A stretch of DNA of 64,000 nt, from the NCBI GenBank assembly GCA_963809325.1, contig CAWEIZ010000002.1, positions 807,130-871,129 on the forward strand, given 5' to 3'. Below the pieces are notes generated by a model that searched no databases, had not been told where the DNA came from, and worked only from the letters and a program-made list of their open reading frames with translations. This stretch comes from an uncultured Actinomycetes bacterium (GTDB lineage: Bacteria > Actinomycetota > Thermoleophilia > Gaiellales > JAICJC01). Position numbers and translations under genes: made by a program. Position 1 is the first letter of the stretch, and each line of letters begins with the position of its first letter. Shown one piece after another: positions 24,446-36,210 of this stretch.

Positions 24446-25358
24446 GCGCGTAGCCGGATTCGTCGCCGAGCACGGTGTGCTCGAACCGGGCGAGCCGGTG
24501 GTCGCCCTGGTGTCGGGCGGCGCCGACTCGTTGTGCCTCTGGGGCGTCCTGCGCGAGCTCGGGCATCCCGTCGAGGCGCTGCACGTCGAGCACGGCCTGC
24601 GCGGCGAGGCCGGGCTCGCCGACGCGGCGTTCTGCGCCGGCCTCGGCGCCACGGTCGTGCCGCTCGACCTCGAGGGAGGGGCGAACGTGGAGGCGCGCGC
24701 CCGCGAGGCCCGCTACGCGGCCGCCCACGAGCACGCCGCGGGCCGGGTCGTCGCGACCGGCCACACCCTGACCGACCAGGCCGAGACGGTCGTCTACCGC
24801 CTCGCGAGCTCGTCCGGCGTCCGCGCCCTGTCGGCGATGCGCCCGCGCGCAGGGGCGCTCGCCCGGCCGCTTCTGTGCGTGACGGCCGCCGAGACGCGGG
24901 AGTGGTGCAGGGCGGCGCGGCTCGTTCCGCGGGTCGACCACACGAACGCCGACACGACCCTGCGCCGCAACCTGATCCGCCACGACGTCATGCCGGCGCT
25001 CCGGCGCGTCCACCCCGGCGCCGACATCAACATCGCGCGCACGGCGGAGCTGCTCGGCGAGCTCGACGAGCTCCTGACCGAGCTGGCCGGAGAGCACGTC
25101 GCGGACGAGCTCGATCTCGACCGGCTCGCCGATCTTCCCCGCCCGTTGCAGGCGATCGTGCTCCGGGCCACGGCCGAGCGCGCCGCGGGCCGGCCGCTGC
25201 GGCTTCCGCGCGCGCTCACCGACCGGCTCGTCGATCTCGCCGGCCGCAGCTCGGGCGTGGAGCGGCTGTCGCTCGGGCGCGACCTCGAGGCGTGCCGCGA
25301 TCGGCGCACGCTCGTCTTCGGGCCGCCGTCTCGAAGCCGGTATCCTGCTCAGCCATGA
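24420..25358 (+). CDS. tilS: tRNA(Ile)-lysidine synthetase
   Basis: VSGGADSL PP-loop, HGLRG, AREARY, GHTLTDQAET, RPLL, RRNLIRH. Confidence 0.92.
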   Translation: MPGGSLLVERVAGFVAEHGVLEPGEPVVALVSGGADSLCLWGVLRELGHPVEALHVEHGLRGEAGLADAAFCAGLGATVVPLDLEGGANVEARAREARYAAAHEHAAGRVVATGHTLTDQAETVVYRLASSSGVRALSAMRPRAGALARPLLCVTAAETREWCRAARLVPRVDHTNADTTLRRNLIRHDVMPALRRVHPGADINIARTAELLGELDELLTELAGEHVADELDLDRLADLPRPLQAIVLRATAERAAGRPLRLPRALTDRLVDLAGRSSGVERLSLGRDLEACRDRRTLVFGPPSRSRYPAQP

Positions 25359-25928
25359 ACTTCCCGACCGCGGCCGAGCACGACGCGCTGATCGCGGAGG
25401 TGCTCGTCGGGGAGGACGAGCTGCGCGGCCGGGTCGTTGAGCTCGGCGCCGAGATCTCGCGCGACTACGCCGGCCTCGACCCCGTGCTGGTCGGCGTGCT
25501 GAAGGGCGCGGTGTTCTTCATCGCCGACCTGGTGCGCACCATCACCGTCACCTGCGAGATCGACTTCATGGCCGTCTCGAGCTACGGCAACACGACCGAC
25601 TCGTCGGGCGTCGTGCGGATCCTGAAGGACCTCGACACCGTGATCGAGGGCCGGCACGTGCTGATCGTCGAGGACATCGTCGACTCCGGGTCTCACGCTC
25701 TCGTATCTCGTCCGCAACCTCGAGGCCCGGAAGCCGGCGTCGCTCGAGGTCTGCGCGCTCCTGACGAAGCCGGCCAGGCGCAAGTCCAACGTCCGCTGCC
25801 GCTACGTCGGGTTCGAGATCGCCAACCGGTTTGCCATCGGCTACGGGCTGGACTACGCCGAGCGCTACCGGAGCCTGCCGTACGTCGCCGCGCTCGACGA
25901 GTCGAAGCTCCCCGAGCCGCTCGACTGA
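25355..25928 (+). CDS. hpt: Hypoxanthine phosphoribosyltransferase (1-nt insertion at about 25688-25690, probably an assembly error)
   Basis: [21 protein letters not shown] in one frame; continues in the shifted frame as [10 protein letters not shown]...[18 protein letters not shown] to TGA 25926-25928. Confidence 0.88.
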
Positions 25929-26081
25929 CGCCGTCCCGGCGGCCGCGCTACAGAACCCGCGCGCGCGTGCCGATACCCGGGCAGGCGAAACCCCCGTGGT
26001 AAGGTTCAAGCCCGGGTCACCGGGCATTATCGCGGGCGAGATGCCTACGCACCATCCCCTGGGGAAGCAGGCGAACGCGCA

Positions 26082-28043
<1,962 letters not shown>

Positions 28044-28098
28044 GCCCTTTCCCGGACGCCGGGGCCACGGGCAGCCGGCGAGATTGGTTCCTGACCGT

Positions 28099-28242
28099 CG
28101 GGGTCAGACCCCGCATCGGTCGCCGTCGCAGATTCGTGACGCCGGTGGCGCATACCGCGGCCGATAGCGGGCCGAAGCGCCGTCGACCTGTGCCGCCGCC
28201 GTCGCGAAAGCGCAAACCGCCGCGATGCGGGGTCTGACCCCG
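28099..28242. repeat. Inverted REP doublet (REPIN-like)
   Basis: CGGGGTCAGACCCCGCATCG (28099-28118) and its exact reverse complement CGATGCGGGGTCTGACCCCG (28223-28242), 104 bp apart, downstream of ftsH. Confidence 0.8.
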
Positions 28243-28354
28243 GCCGCCCGGTTCACCGGTTCGGGTAGGTGACCCTCCCCCCGAAGGGGGCAGATCCGGT
28301 CCCCCGCGCGCCGATAACCCTCCTACGCATCGGCTTCAGCAGGGGGTTCCTGGC

Positions 28355-29692
28355 GTGTCATCCAAATTCTTCTCCCGCGTGCTCGGGATCGGCCTCGTGG
28401 GCCTCGTCGGCCTCTCGAGCGGCACCGCCGCGTGGGCGGGCCCGGTCACCTCGAAGGTGGTCATCTCGCGGAAGACGGTGAAGCCCGGTGTGACGCTCGT
28501 GCACTCGCGCATCACGGTGCGCGGCGTCTTCGGCGCCCAGGAGGTCTACAAGCTGACCTGGAAGCTGGGGAACAAGCACGTCAGCCTGCACTCGTCGCTG
28601 CTCGGCGCCTACGACAGCTCGAGCAGCTGGATCACCGACCACCAGATCTCGCACCTTGCGTCGGCCGGCGGGCCTCCCGGCCTGATCGCCGCGATGACGG
28701 GCGACTACTCGATCTACAAGAACTGGAGCCCCGCCCAGAGCATCACCAGCGGCCTGCTCGTCTCGGACGGGACGGTCTACCGGGCCGGCAGGGGCGCGCT
28801 CGCCGTGGGCTACAAGCCGGACGGCCGGTTCATCATGGGTCACCCGCTGGCCCGGCCGATGAAGCTCGCGCTGCCCGGCGGCGTCGTCGCCACGGTCGGC
28901 GCGTTCAACCCGGCGCCGTCCACCGTGACCAGCGCGATCCGCAGCGACCAGGTCGCGGCCTACACCCACGCCGGAGCGCAGGTGAAGGTCCCGGTTGGCG
29001 CCGTCGGCGTCGTCGTCGATTCCGACGTGCTCGCGACAGCGCTCGAGGGCACGTTGCCCTACACCAACCCGCAGGGGTCGAACCGCCGGGAGACCGTCGT
29101 GGCGTACAGGCTGACCGAGCCGACGGCGGACCGCCAGCCCGTCTCGATGCCGCTCTCGGCGACTGCGTGTGCCGCCGTCGTCTGCCAGCCCAACGAGGTC
29201 GTGACCGTCCCGACCGGCGGCGTGCTGCTTCTCACGAGGAACGACACCCAGAGCCCGGTGGTGAAACCGGCCCTCGATCAGCTTGCCCTGGCGGCCTCGC
29301 CGGCCATCGAGACCGCGGTCGACGACGCCGGATGGAGCAACGTCACCGACGTGACCGGCGGCAAGCCGATGCTCGTCAACGCCGGCCGGGCGGTCTCTTC
29401 CCGGCCCGACTCCGTCGACCCCTGGCAGTGGGACTGCGGCGGGGGCTGCTGGCGCCCGGCGCTCGTCCAGGCCGGGAACTCCGGATGGATGATCGTGATC
29501 GGCGGGAAGGGCGGCTCGGGCCTCACCATGCCGAGGTTCGCGAGCGTGCTGGCCGACATGGGCGCCACCAACGCCATGGGCTTCGACAACAACAACTCCG
29601 CCGAGCTGTGGCGGCCCGGCCACCGGCCGATCACCGGCTACGGCTACGAGCGGCTGCTGCCGACGGCGACGTCGCTCTCGTACCGCGGGTAG
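28355..29692 (+). CDS. Secreted phosphodiester glycosidase (NAGPA-like) family protein
   Basis: Signal peptide; IAAMTGDY, GLLVSDG, GGKPMLVNAG, LADMGATNAMGFDNNNS at the position of the family LDGGGS motif. Confidence 0.65.
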   Translation: MSSKFFSRVLGIGLVGLVGLSSGTAAWAGPVTSKVVISRKTVKPGVTLVHSRITVRGVFGAQEVYKLTWKLGNKHVSLHSSLLGAYDSSSSWITDHQISHLASAGGPPGLIAAMTGDYSIYKNWSPAQSITSGLLVSDGTVYRAGRGALAVGYKPDGRFIMGHPLARPMKLALPGGVVATVGAFNPAPSTVTSAIRSDQVAAYTHAGAQVKVPVGAVGVVVDSDVLATALEGTLPYTNPQGSNRRETVVAYRLTEPTADRQPVSMPLSATACAAVVCQPNEVVTVPTGGVLLLTRNDTQSPVVKPALDQLALAASPAIETAVDDAGWSNVTDVTGGKPMLVNAGRAVSSRPDSVDPWQWDCGGGCWRPALVQAGNSGWMIVIGGKGGSGLTMPRFASVLADMGATNAMGFDNNNSAELWRPGHRPITGYGYERLLPTATSLSYRG

Positions 29693-29701
29693 TCGTCCAA
29701 G

Positions 29702-30391
29702 TTAGTCGCGCCGGTACCAGGCGACGATCGTCGAGCGAAGCCGCGGCGGCAGCATGCGCTCGAGGTTGCGGAGGGTCGCCGCGGGCAACCGCCGATCGCC
29801 CGCGTAGCGATGGAGCGTGGCGACGGGGACGACCTGGACGGGCTCGAACCCCGCCCGCTCCAGCTGCGCGGTGAGCGCTCCCGGCGTGTTGGCCCGGTAG
29901 CGGGCCGGGAAGACGTCCCGAGCGACGGCACCGGGCCCGCGGCCCTTGATCGCCGTCCGGACGGCCTGCGGCAGGATGCGGGCCGCTGCCATGAGCGGGT
30001 TTGAGCGGTTGCTGGTGACGACCACGACCGATCCTCCCGGGCGCAGCACCCGGTGCCACTCCGCGAACGCGGCCGGCGGCCGCTCGAGGTGCTCGACGAC
30101 GAAGTTCGAGTAGACGAGGTCGAAGGTGCCGTCCTCGAAGGGCAGCGGGCCACACAGGTCGGCGACGGCGAACTCGTCGAGCGACTCGTTCGTCCGCCCG
30201 CCCGACTCGTCGAGGTCGACGCCCACGAGCCGGTCGATCCGGTCGCGAAACCGCGCCAGGCGGGTCGTTCGCCCGCACCCGGCCTCGAGCACGGTCGAGC
30301 CCGGGCCGAGCGCCCGGCGGAGCAGGTCGGCCTCAACCTCGGTGTGCGACGTGTGAAACGGCAGGGCCCCTCCGGCGGGTCGTCGGGCCAT
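29702..30391 (-). CDS. Class I SAM-dependent methyltransferase
   Basis: VLEAGCGR, VGVDLD, LPFEDGTFDLV, EWHRVLRPGG; start uncertain. Confidence 0.85.
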   Translation of the reverse strand: MARRPAGGALPFHTSHTEVEADLLRRALGPGSTVLEAGCGRTTRLARFRDRIDRLVGVDLDESGGRTNESLDEFAVADLCGPLPFEDGTFDLVYSNFVVEHLERPPAAFAEWHRVLRPGGSVVVVTSNRSNPLMAAARILPQAVRTAIKGRGPGAVARDVFPARYRANTPGALTAQLERAGFEPVQVVPVATLHRYAGDRRLPAATLRNLERMLPPRLRSTIVAWYRRD

Positions 30392-30406
30392 TCTAGAATC
30401 GCGCCC

Positions 30407-31228
30407 GTGGCCCCGCTGCCTGACCGGTTTCCGCCCCCGGCGGTGATGGGCGTGATCAACGTGACGCCCGACTCCTTCTCGGACGGCGGCGAGTACCTCG
30501 ATCCCGGGACCGCGGTGGCCCGCGGCATCGCGCTCGTCGCCGACGGCGCCGATGTGCTCGACGTCGGAGGCGAGTCGACCCGCCCGGGGTCGGATCCGGT
30601 ATCGGCCGACGTCGAGCTGGCGCGCGTGCTCGCGGTGATCCGCGGCCTGCGCGAGGCGACCGACGTGCCGATCTCGATCGACACCACGAAGGCCGTCGTG
30701 GCCGAGGCGGCGATCGCGGCCGGGGCGTCGTTCGTGAACGACGTGTCGGCGATGCGGGTCGACCCGCGCATGGCGGAGGTCGTCGCCGGCGCCGGGGTGC
30801 CCGTGTGCCTCATGCACATGCTGGGCACCCCCAAGACGATGCAGGACGACCCGCGCTACGACGATGTCGTCGAAGAGGTGGCGTCGTTCCTGGCCGAGCG
30901 CGTCCGGGCGGCGCAGGACGCGGGCATCTCGCAAGACGCGATCTGCATCGACCCCGGCATCGGCTTCGGGAAGACCGGCGAGCACAACCTCTCGCTCCTG
31001 CGGCACCTCGATGCGATCGCCGCGGTCGGCCCACCGGTGGTGATCGGGGTGTCGCGCAAGCGGTTCCTGGGCGCGATCATCGGGGACGCCGAGCGCGCCC
31101 GGGCCGTCGCGACGGCGGCCGCGAACGTCGAGGCGGTGCGGCGCGGGGCCTGGATGGTGCGGGTCCACGACGTGCGCGAGACGCGCGAGGCGCTCGCCGT
31201 CGCAGCTGCGATCGAGCACGCCTCATGA
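30407..31228 (+). CDS. folP: Dihydropteroate synthase
   Basis: MGVINVTPDSFSDGG, DVGGESTRPG, SIDTTK, DPGIGFGKT, GVSRK, RVHDV. Confidence 0.95.
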   Translation: MAPLPDRFPPPAVMGVINVTPDSFSDGGEYLDPGTAVARGIALVADGADVLDVGGESTRPGSDPVSADVELARVLAVIRGLREATDVPISIDTTKAVVAEAAIAAGASFVNDVSAMRVDPRMAEVVAGAGVPVCLMHMLGTPKTMQDDPRYDDVVEEVASFLAERVRAAQDAGISQDAICIDPGIGFGKTGEHNLSLLRHLDAIAAVGPPVVIGVSRKRFLGAIIGDAERARAVATAAANVEAVRRGAWMVRVHDVRETREALAVAAAIEHAS

Positions 31229-31605
31229 GGAGCGCGCGGATCGAGATCCGAGGCCTGCGGGTGTTCGCCTACCACGGCGTGCTCGACGAGGAGCGCGAGC
31301 AGGGGCAGACGTTCGTGCTCGACGTCTGGCTCGACCCGCCGCCGTCCCGGGCCGACGAGACGGATGACCTGGGCGACGCGGTCAACTACGCCGCGGTCAC
31401 AGACCGGGTGGTGGAGCTGGCCCAGGGCGGCCCGTACCGGCTGCTCGAGCGGCTCGCCGCCGTGATCGCCGACGACCTGGTCGCCCGGTTCGGCGTGACC
31501 CGCGCGCGGGTGCGCGTCGCCAAGCCCGATGTCCCGATTCCGCACCCGCTGGACGAGGTCGCCGTGGTCGCCGAGGCTTCCGCCGGCCCCAATTCCGCCG
31601 TATAA
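31225..31605 (+). CDS. folB: Dihydroneopterin aldolase
   Basis: FAYHGVLDEEREQGQ, DDLGDAVNYA, LLERLA, RVAKP. Confidence 0.93.
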   Translation: MRSARIEIRGLRVFAYHGVLDEEREQGQTFVLDVWLDPPPSRADETDDLGDAVNYAAVTDRVVELAQGGPYRLLERLAAVIADDLVARFGVTRARVRVAKPDVPIPHPLDEVAVVAEASAGPNSAV

Positions 31606-31612
31606 CGGAGGC

Positions 31613-32266
31613 ATGTCGCAGGTGCGCATCGTGGTCGTCGACGACCAGCCGCTGTTCCGCCGTGGGCTCGTCGCGGTGCTCGAGGCCGGCGGCCTCACGG
31701 TCGTCGGCGCCGCGTCCAGCGTGCGCGAGGCGGCGGATGTCGCCACCCGGACGCAGCCCGACCTGGTCGTCGCCGACCTCCGCCTGGCCGACGGCAGCGG
31801 AATCGACCTCGTGCGCCGGCTCGCCGAGATGGACGGCGTCGCGCCCCGAGTGGTGATCCTGACCGAGTCGCGCGATCCCGCCGACATGCTCGCCGCGGTG
31901 CGCGCCGGCGCCGCCGGGTACCTCACCAAGGATCAGCCGCCGGAGCGGCTCGCGGTCGCGCTGAACGGCGTCCTCTCGGGTGAGGCGGCCCTGTCACGGG
32001 CGATGGCCGCGCACCTCATCGACGACGTCCGCGAGTCGCAGCGGCGCATGCTCCTCGCGTCGAAGCTGCCCCACCGCGAGCGCCTGACGCCCCGGCAGCT
32101 CGAGATCCTTCAGCACATCGCCGCGGGCGAGACGACCGGCGAGATCGCCGACCGGCTCTTCCTGTCGCCCGAGACCGTGCGCTGGCACGTGAAGGCGATC
32201 CTGCGCAAGCTGAAGGCCCGCACCCGCGCGGAGGCGGCCGCCGTCCTGCGCGAGGTCATGGTCTAG
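31613..32266 (+). CDS. NarL/LuxR-family response regulator
   Basis: VVDDQ, VADLRL and YLTK receiver motifs; LTPRQLEIL...LFLSPETVRWHVKAILRKL HTH. Confidence 0.92.
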   Translation: MSQVRIVVVDDQPLFRRGLVAVLEAGGLTVVGAASSVREAADVATRTQPDLVVADLRLADGSGIDLVRRLAEMDGVAPRVVILTESRDPADMLAAVRAGAAGYLTKDQPPERLAVALNGVLSGEAALSRAMAAHLIDDVRESQRRMLLASKLPHRERLTPRQLEILQHIAAGETTGEIADRLFLSPETVRWHVKAILRKLKARTRAEAAAVLREVMV

Positions 32267-32270
32267 TGCT

Positions 32271-32579
32271 CTAGCGGCCTTCGCGGACGGTCTCGGACGC
32301 CAGCCGGAAGATCCAGACCGACACCGTCAGGCAGTACGTGATGACGGCGCAGGCGGCGATGAGCGCCGTCGCCTTGCCGGTGGGGCCGGACAGCTCGGCC
32401 GCGATCGCGGCCAGGATCGGCCGCATGCCGAGGAACGCGAGCAGGCCGCCGATGCCGAGGTGGATCGTCGTCCGCCGGATCTCGCGCGGGCGCAGCTGGG
32501 GGTAGCGCGCGTCCGCCCAGATCGCCAGCGCGGCGGGGCAGAGGACGAGCACAACGGTCAGTTCCATGAGGGTCGACAT
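32271..32579 (-). CDS. Small membrane protein, hypothetical
   Basis: 102 aa with three hydrophobic segments; fills the gap between the regulator and folK. Confidence 0.6.
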   Translation of the reverse strand: MSTLMELTVVLVLCPAALAIWADARYPQLRPREIRRTTIHLGIGGLLAFLGMRPILAAIAAELSGPTGKATALIAACAVITYCLTVSVWIFRLASETVREGR

Positions 32580-32681
32580 GGCACCATCCTTGGTCAGAAC
32601 AGGAGCTGGGTGCGGCCAACGCGAATCGCCCGTACCCTGACCAGGACATCGGCAAATGTGAGCGGTTCGTTAAGGGGATAT

Positions 32682-33189
32682 ATGGAAAATGCACCCAAGC
32701 GGGTGAGTCGGGCGTACGTCGGATTCGGGGGAAACCTGGGAGATCCTGCGATGACGCTGCGCGCGGCGGCCGCCGAGCTCGGGCGCCGGGCCGGCCCGCT
32801 GACGGCGGCCTCGCCGGTGTACCGCTCGGATCCCGTCGGGCTCACCGACCAGCCGCCGTTTCTGAACGCCGTCGCCGCGATCGACACCCAGCTCGATCCC
32901 GATCGCGCTGCTCGATGTCCTCCTCGCGATCGAGGCCGCGCACGGCCGCGTCCGCGACGTTCGCTGGGGGCCGCGCACGCTCGACCTCGACCTGATCTCG
33001 TTCGAGGACGTGGTCCGGGACGACGCCCGCCTGACACTGCCGCACCCCCGCGCCCACGAGCGCGAGTTCGTGCTGCGCCCGCTGTGCGACATCGCACCTG
33101 ATCTGCCGCTCGCCGGCCGGCCCGCCCGCGAGTGGCTCGCCGCGCTCGACCCGCAGGGCGTCGAGCGGACCGGCCTTTCGCTCATGTAG
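32682..33189 (+). CDS. folK: 2-amino-4-hydroxy-6-hydroxymethyldihydropteridine pyrophosphokinase (1-nt insertion at about 32898-32900)
   Basis: [26 protein letters not shown]; shifted frame gives [11 protein letters not shown] and [18 protein letters not shown] to TAG 33189. Confidence 0.88.
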
Positions 33190-33216
33190 CGCGCCGCGCC
33201 CGCCGATGATCGATGT

Positions 33217-33876
33217 GTGACCGACTACGTCTCTCGCGCCGGCCCGATCCCCGACGTGCTCACACTCCTGGGCTCGCGCGCCATCCCGACGCTCCTCTTC
33301 ACGATCATGGTGGTCGTGCAGGTGGAGGCCACGATGCAGGCGTCGTCGGTCTCCGGCGGGGCCTTCCACGTCCTCTCCGGCGTGCTGTGGGTCATGTTCA
33401 CGGTCCTGATCAACATCCGGCCCGCACCGATCCGTCGCGACCGGGCGCCCGTCGGCGTCGCCGTCGCGCTGCTGTCACAGCTCACGATGATCTCGGTCGG
33501 CCTCTTCGGCGCCGACGCCGGAGCCGGCATCCGCGTGATGGTCTCGGATTCGCTGCTCTTCGCCGGGCTCGCGTTCTCGCTCGCCTCGGTGGCCTTCCTC
33601 GGCCGCTGCTTCGGCATCCTGCCGGACGTGCGCGGCCTGGTCGTTCGCGGCCCCTACCGGCTGGTGCGCCATCCGCTCTACCTCGGCGAGCTCACGGCCG
33701 CCCTCGGCATCGTCGTCGGATCGCGGCATCCGGCCGCCGCAGCCGGCGCCTGGCTGGTCTGCCTGGGCCTCCAGGTGGCACGGACGCACTACGAGGAGTC
33801 GAACCTGCGCGCCGAGTTCCCGGCGTACGAGGCGTACGCCGCCCGCACGAAGCGACTGCTCCCCGGCATCGTGTAG
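33217..33876 (+). CDS. Isoprenylcysteine carboxyl methyltransferase / PEMT family membrane protein
   Basis: LVVRGPYRLVRHPLYLGE, RTHYEESNL, YAARTKRLLP. Confidence 0.85.
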   Translation: MTDYVSRAGPIPDVLTLLGSRAIPTLLFTIMVVVQVEATMQASSVSGGAFHVLSGVLWVMFTVLINIRPAPIRRDRAPVGVAVALLSQLTMISVGLFGADAGAGIRVMVSDSLLFAGLAFSLASVAFLGRCFGILPDVRGLVVRGPYRLVRHPLYLGELTAALGIVVGSRHPAAAAGAWLVCLGLQVARTHYEESNLRAEFPAYEAYAARTKRLLPGIV

Positions 33877-33877
33877 C

Positions 33878-35029
33878 TCAGCCGCCGCCGGCGGCCGTTG
33901 CGAGCCGTCCGGACGCGATCGCGATGAGGCCGACGAGGCAGACCGGAATCACGAGCGCGGCGCGCAGGCCGATCTGACCCGCGGTGAACCCGATCGTCGC
34001 GGGGCCGATGATCTCGCCCACGTAGCCGACCGCGAAGACCCGGGAGACGACGGCTTCCGGGGTCCCGAGCCGCGCCCCGCCGGCGGCGCTGATGACCGTC
34101 GGCACGATCGGTGCGATCCCCGCCCCGAGGAGCGCGAAGCCGACCAGGCCCGCGGCGGAGGTCGGGATGAGGAGGGCGAGAGCGAGGCCGAGCCCCGCCG
34201 TGACGCTTGCCACACGGGTGAGCCTGACCGGGCCGAACCTGGCCGCCAGCCGATCGCCCGCGAGCCGCGAGGCGGCCATCGCCAGCGAGAAGCTCGCGAA
34301 CGCCGCCGCGGCGATCGCAGCGCCCGCGTCCGCCCGATCGCGCAGATAGACGGCGCTCCAGTCGGCTGCCGCCCCCTCGGCGAAGAACGAGCAGAAGGCG
34401 ATGAGGCCGAGCACGACCAGCTTCGCCGACCATCCGCCCGCGGCCTCGGCCGGACGGATCGGAATCGAGCGGTGCGGGAGCCGGGCAAGGAACGGCGCCG
34501 ATCCGGCGGCGACGATGGCTCCGGCCAGCGCGAAGTGCACGACCGGGCGGAGGTCGAGCGCCGCCGCTCCGATCCCTCCCACCGCTCCCACCATGAGCCC
34601 CACGCTCCAGAACCCATGGAACCCGGACATGAGGGGCCGGCCTCGTGCTCGCTCCACGACGACAGCCTCGGCGTTCATCGCGACGTCCACGACGGCCGCC
34701 GTGATGCCCAGGGCAACGAGCGCGGCGGTGAGCGTCGCCAGATCGCCGGCTGCGGCGGCGACGACCAGCGCCACAGCGAGCACCGGCAAGCCCGTCTGCA
34801 CGACGCGCCAGGCGCCCAGGCGCGACGCGAGCGCACCGCCCAGCCGGCTCCCGATGAGCGTCCCGGCCGCCATCCCGAAGAAGGCCAGTCCCAGCTGTGC
34901 GTCGCTCAGCCCGAGCGCATGCTTGACGGCCGGAACGCGTGACGCCCAGGTTCCGAAGACGACGGCATGCCCGAAAAACGCCACGGCCACGCCGACACGC
35001 CCACGATCACCCGAGAGACCCGCCGCCAT
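33878..35029 (-). CDS. MFS transporter
   Basis: About 12 TM segments; GTWASRVPAVK, DVAMNAEA, MSGFHGFWSVG, EGAAADWS, GDRLAARFG. Confidence 0.9.
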   Translation of the reverse strand: MAAGLSGDRGRVGVAVAFFGHAVVFGTWASRVPAVKHALGLSDAQLGLAFFGMAAGTLIGSRLGGALASRLGAWRVVQTGLPVLAVALVVAAAAGDLATLTAALVALGITAAVVDVAMNAEAVVVERARGRPLMSGFHGFWSVGLMVGAVGGIGAAALDLRPVVHFALAGAIVAAGSAPFLARLPHRSIPIRPAEAAGGWSAKLVVLGLIAFCSFFAEGAAADWSAVYLRDRADAGAAIAAAAFASFSLAMAASRLAGDRLAARFGPVRLTRVASVTAGLGLALALLIPTSAAGLVGFALLGAGIAPIVPTVISAAGGARLGTPEAVVSRVFAVGYVGEIIGPATIGFTAGQIGLRAALVIPVCLVGLIAIASGRLATAAGGG

Positions 35030-35070
35030 CGGGCGAGGCTAGTGGATGCCCGCCGTGTACTCTCGCACCG

Positions 35071-35859
35071 ATGCCCGCGGATGTCTGGGACGATGCCGAG
35101 CGCCTCGAGCGCTACGTCGGCCGGTGGAGCCGGCTCGTGGCGCGCGAGTTCGTCGCCTGGCTCGACGTGCCGCCGGGCGGCCGCTGGCTCGACGTGGGCT
35201 GCGGGTCGGGCGCGCTGACCGAGACGGTGCTCGCGGTCGCCGAGCCTGCGTCGGTGGCGGGCGTCGACACGTCGGCCGCGTACGTCGCCTATGCCGGCTC
35301 CCGGGTGACCGACCCGCGCGCGACCTTCGCGGTCGGCGACGCCCAGGCCCTGGATCACCCGGACGCCGCGTTCGACGCCGTCGCGAGCAGCCTCGTCCTC
35401 AACTTCCTTCCCGATCCCGAGCGTGGCGTCGCCGAGATGGCGCGCGTGGTCCGGCCGGGCGGCGTCGTCGCCGGCTATGTGTGGGACTACGCCGGCGAGA
35501 TGCAGCTCATGCGCCGCTTCTGGGACGCGGCCGTCGAGCTCGACCCGGCTGCGGCCGACCTCGACGAGGGCCGGCGGATGGCCGGGTGCAACCCCCCGGC
35601 GCTCGAGGCGCTCTTCGCCGGAGCCGGCCTCACGGGCGTCGAGACCCGGGCCATCGACGTGCCCACCGTGTTCGCCGGGTTCGACGACTACTGGATGCCG
35701 TTCGAGGGCGGCCAGGGCCCCGCGCCCGGCTACTGCGTCTCGCTGCCGGCGGATCGGCGCGAGGCGCTGCGCGAGCGGCTCCGCGAGACGCTGCCGGCCG
35801 AGGCCGACGGGTCGATCCGGCTGATCGCGCGGGCCTGGGCCGTGCGCGGCACCATCTAG
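35071..35859 (+). CDS. Class I SAM-dependent methyltransferase
   Basis: ERYVGRWS, WLDVGCGSG, GDAQAL, EMARVVRPGG, VWDY. Confidence 0.9.
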   Translation: MPADVWDDAERLERYVGRWSRLVAREFVAWLDVPPGGRWLDVGCGSGALTETVLAVAEPASVAGVDTSAAYVAYAGSRVTDPRATFAVGDAQALDHPDAAFDAVASSLVLNFLPDPERGVAEMARVVRPGGVVAGYVWDYAGEMQLMRRFWDAAVELDPAAADLDEGRRMAGCNPPALEALFAGAGLTGVETRAIDVPTVFAGFDDYWMPFEGGQGPAPGYCVSLPADRREALRERLRETLPAEADGSIRLIARAWAVRGTI

Positions 35860-35868
35860 ACTGTCGCC

Positions 35869-36207
35869 ATGGCCTACATCGAAGACCTCGAGGAGTTCGA
35901 CGCCGAGCTGGAGCTGCGTCTGAAGAAGGAGTACGCCACCGTCTTCGGCCTCTTCAAGTACTGCGTGCTCACGGCCGAGGCGACATACCTGTGCAACCGG
36001 CTCGAGATGGACACCGCGAACCAGCCCGCCTATCCGCTGGTTCACCTGACGATGGAGGACGTGTGGGTCTGGGACAAGAACCGGCCCAGCCGGATCATCC
36101 CGCGGGCGGAGGTGCACACCACGCAGGACGTCACCATCGAGGAGCTGAAGCCCGAGAGCGAGATCGCGACCACGTTCCCGCCCGGCTTCGAGCTCTCCGA
36201 CGAGTGA
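35869..36207 (+). CDS. DUF2469 family protein
   Basis: EDLEEFDAELELRLKKEY...YLCN...DVWVWD..RPSR resembles the actinobacterial DUF2469 pattern. Confidence 0.75.
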   Translation: MAYIEDLEEFDAELELRLKKEYATVFGLFKYCVLTAEATYLCNRLEMDTANQPAYPLVHLTMEDVWVWDKNRPSRIIPRAEVHTTQDVTIEELKPESEIATTFPPGFELSDE

Positions 36208-36210
36208 CCG

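Noticed and set aside
28243-28345. c-di-AMP (ydaO) or other riboswitch before the secreted glycosidase
   Set aside because: It has GGTAGG and hairpins, but the conserved GCTGAATCC/GGGAACC and CCGTCAGCTAACC blocks are missing.
32655-32673. CRP/lacO-like site AATGTGAGCGGTTCGTTAA upstream of folK
   Set aside because: Only the TGTGA half-site matches; there is no TCACA half.
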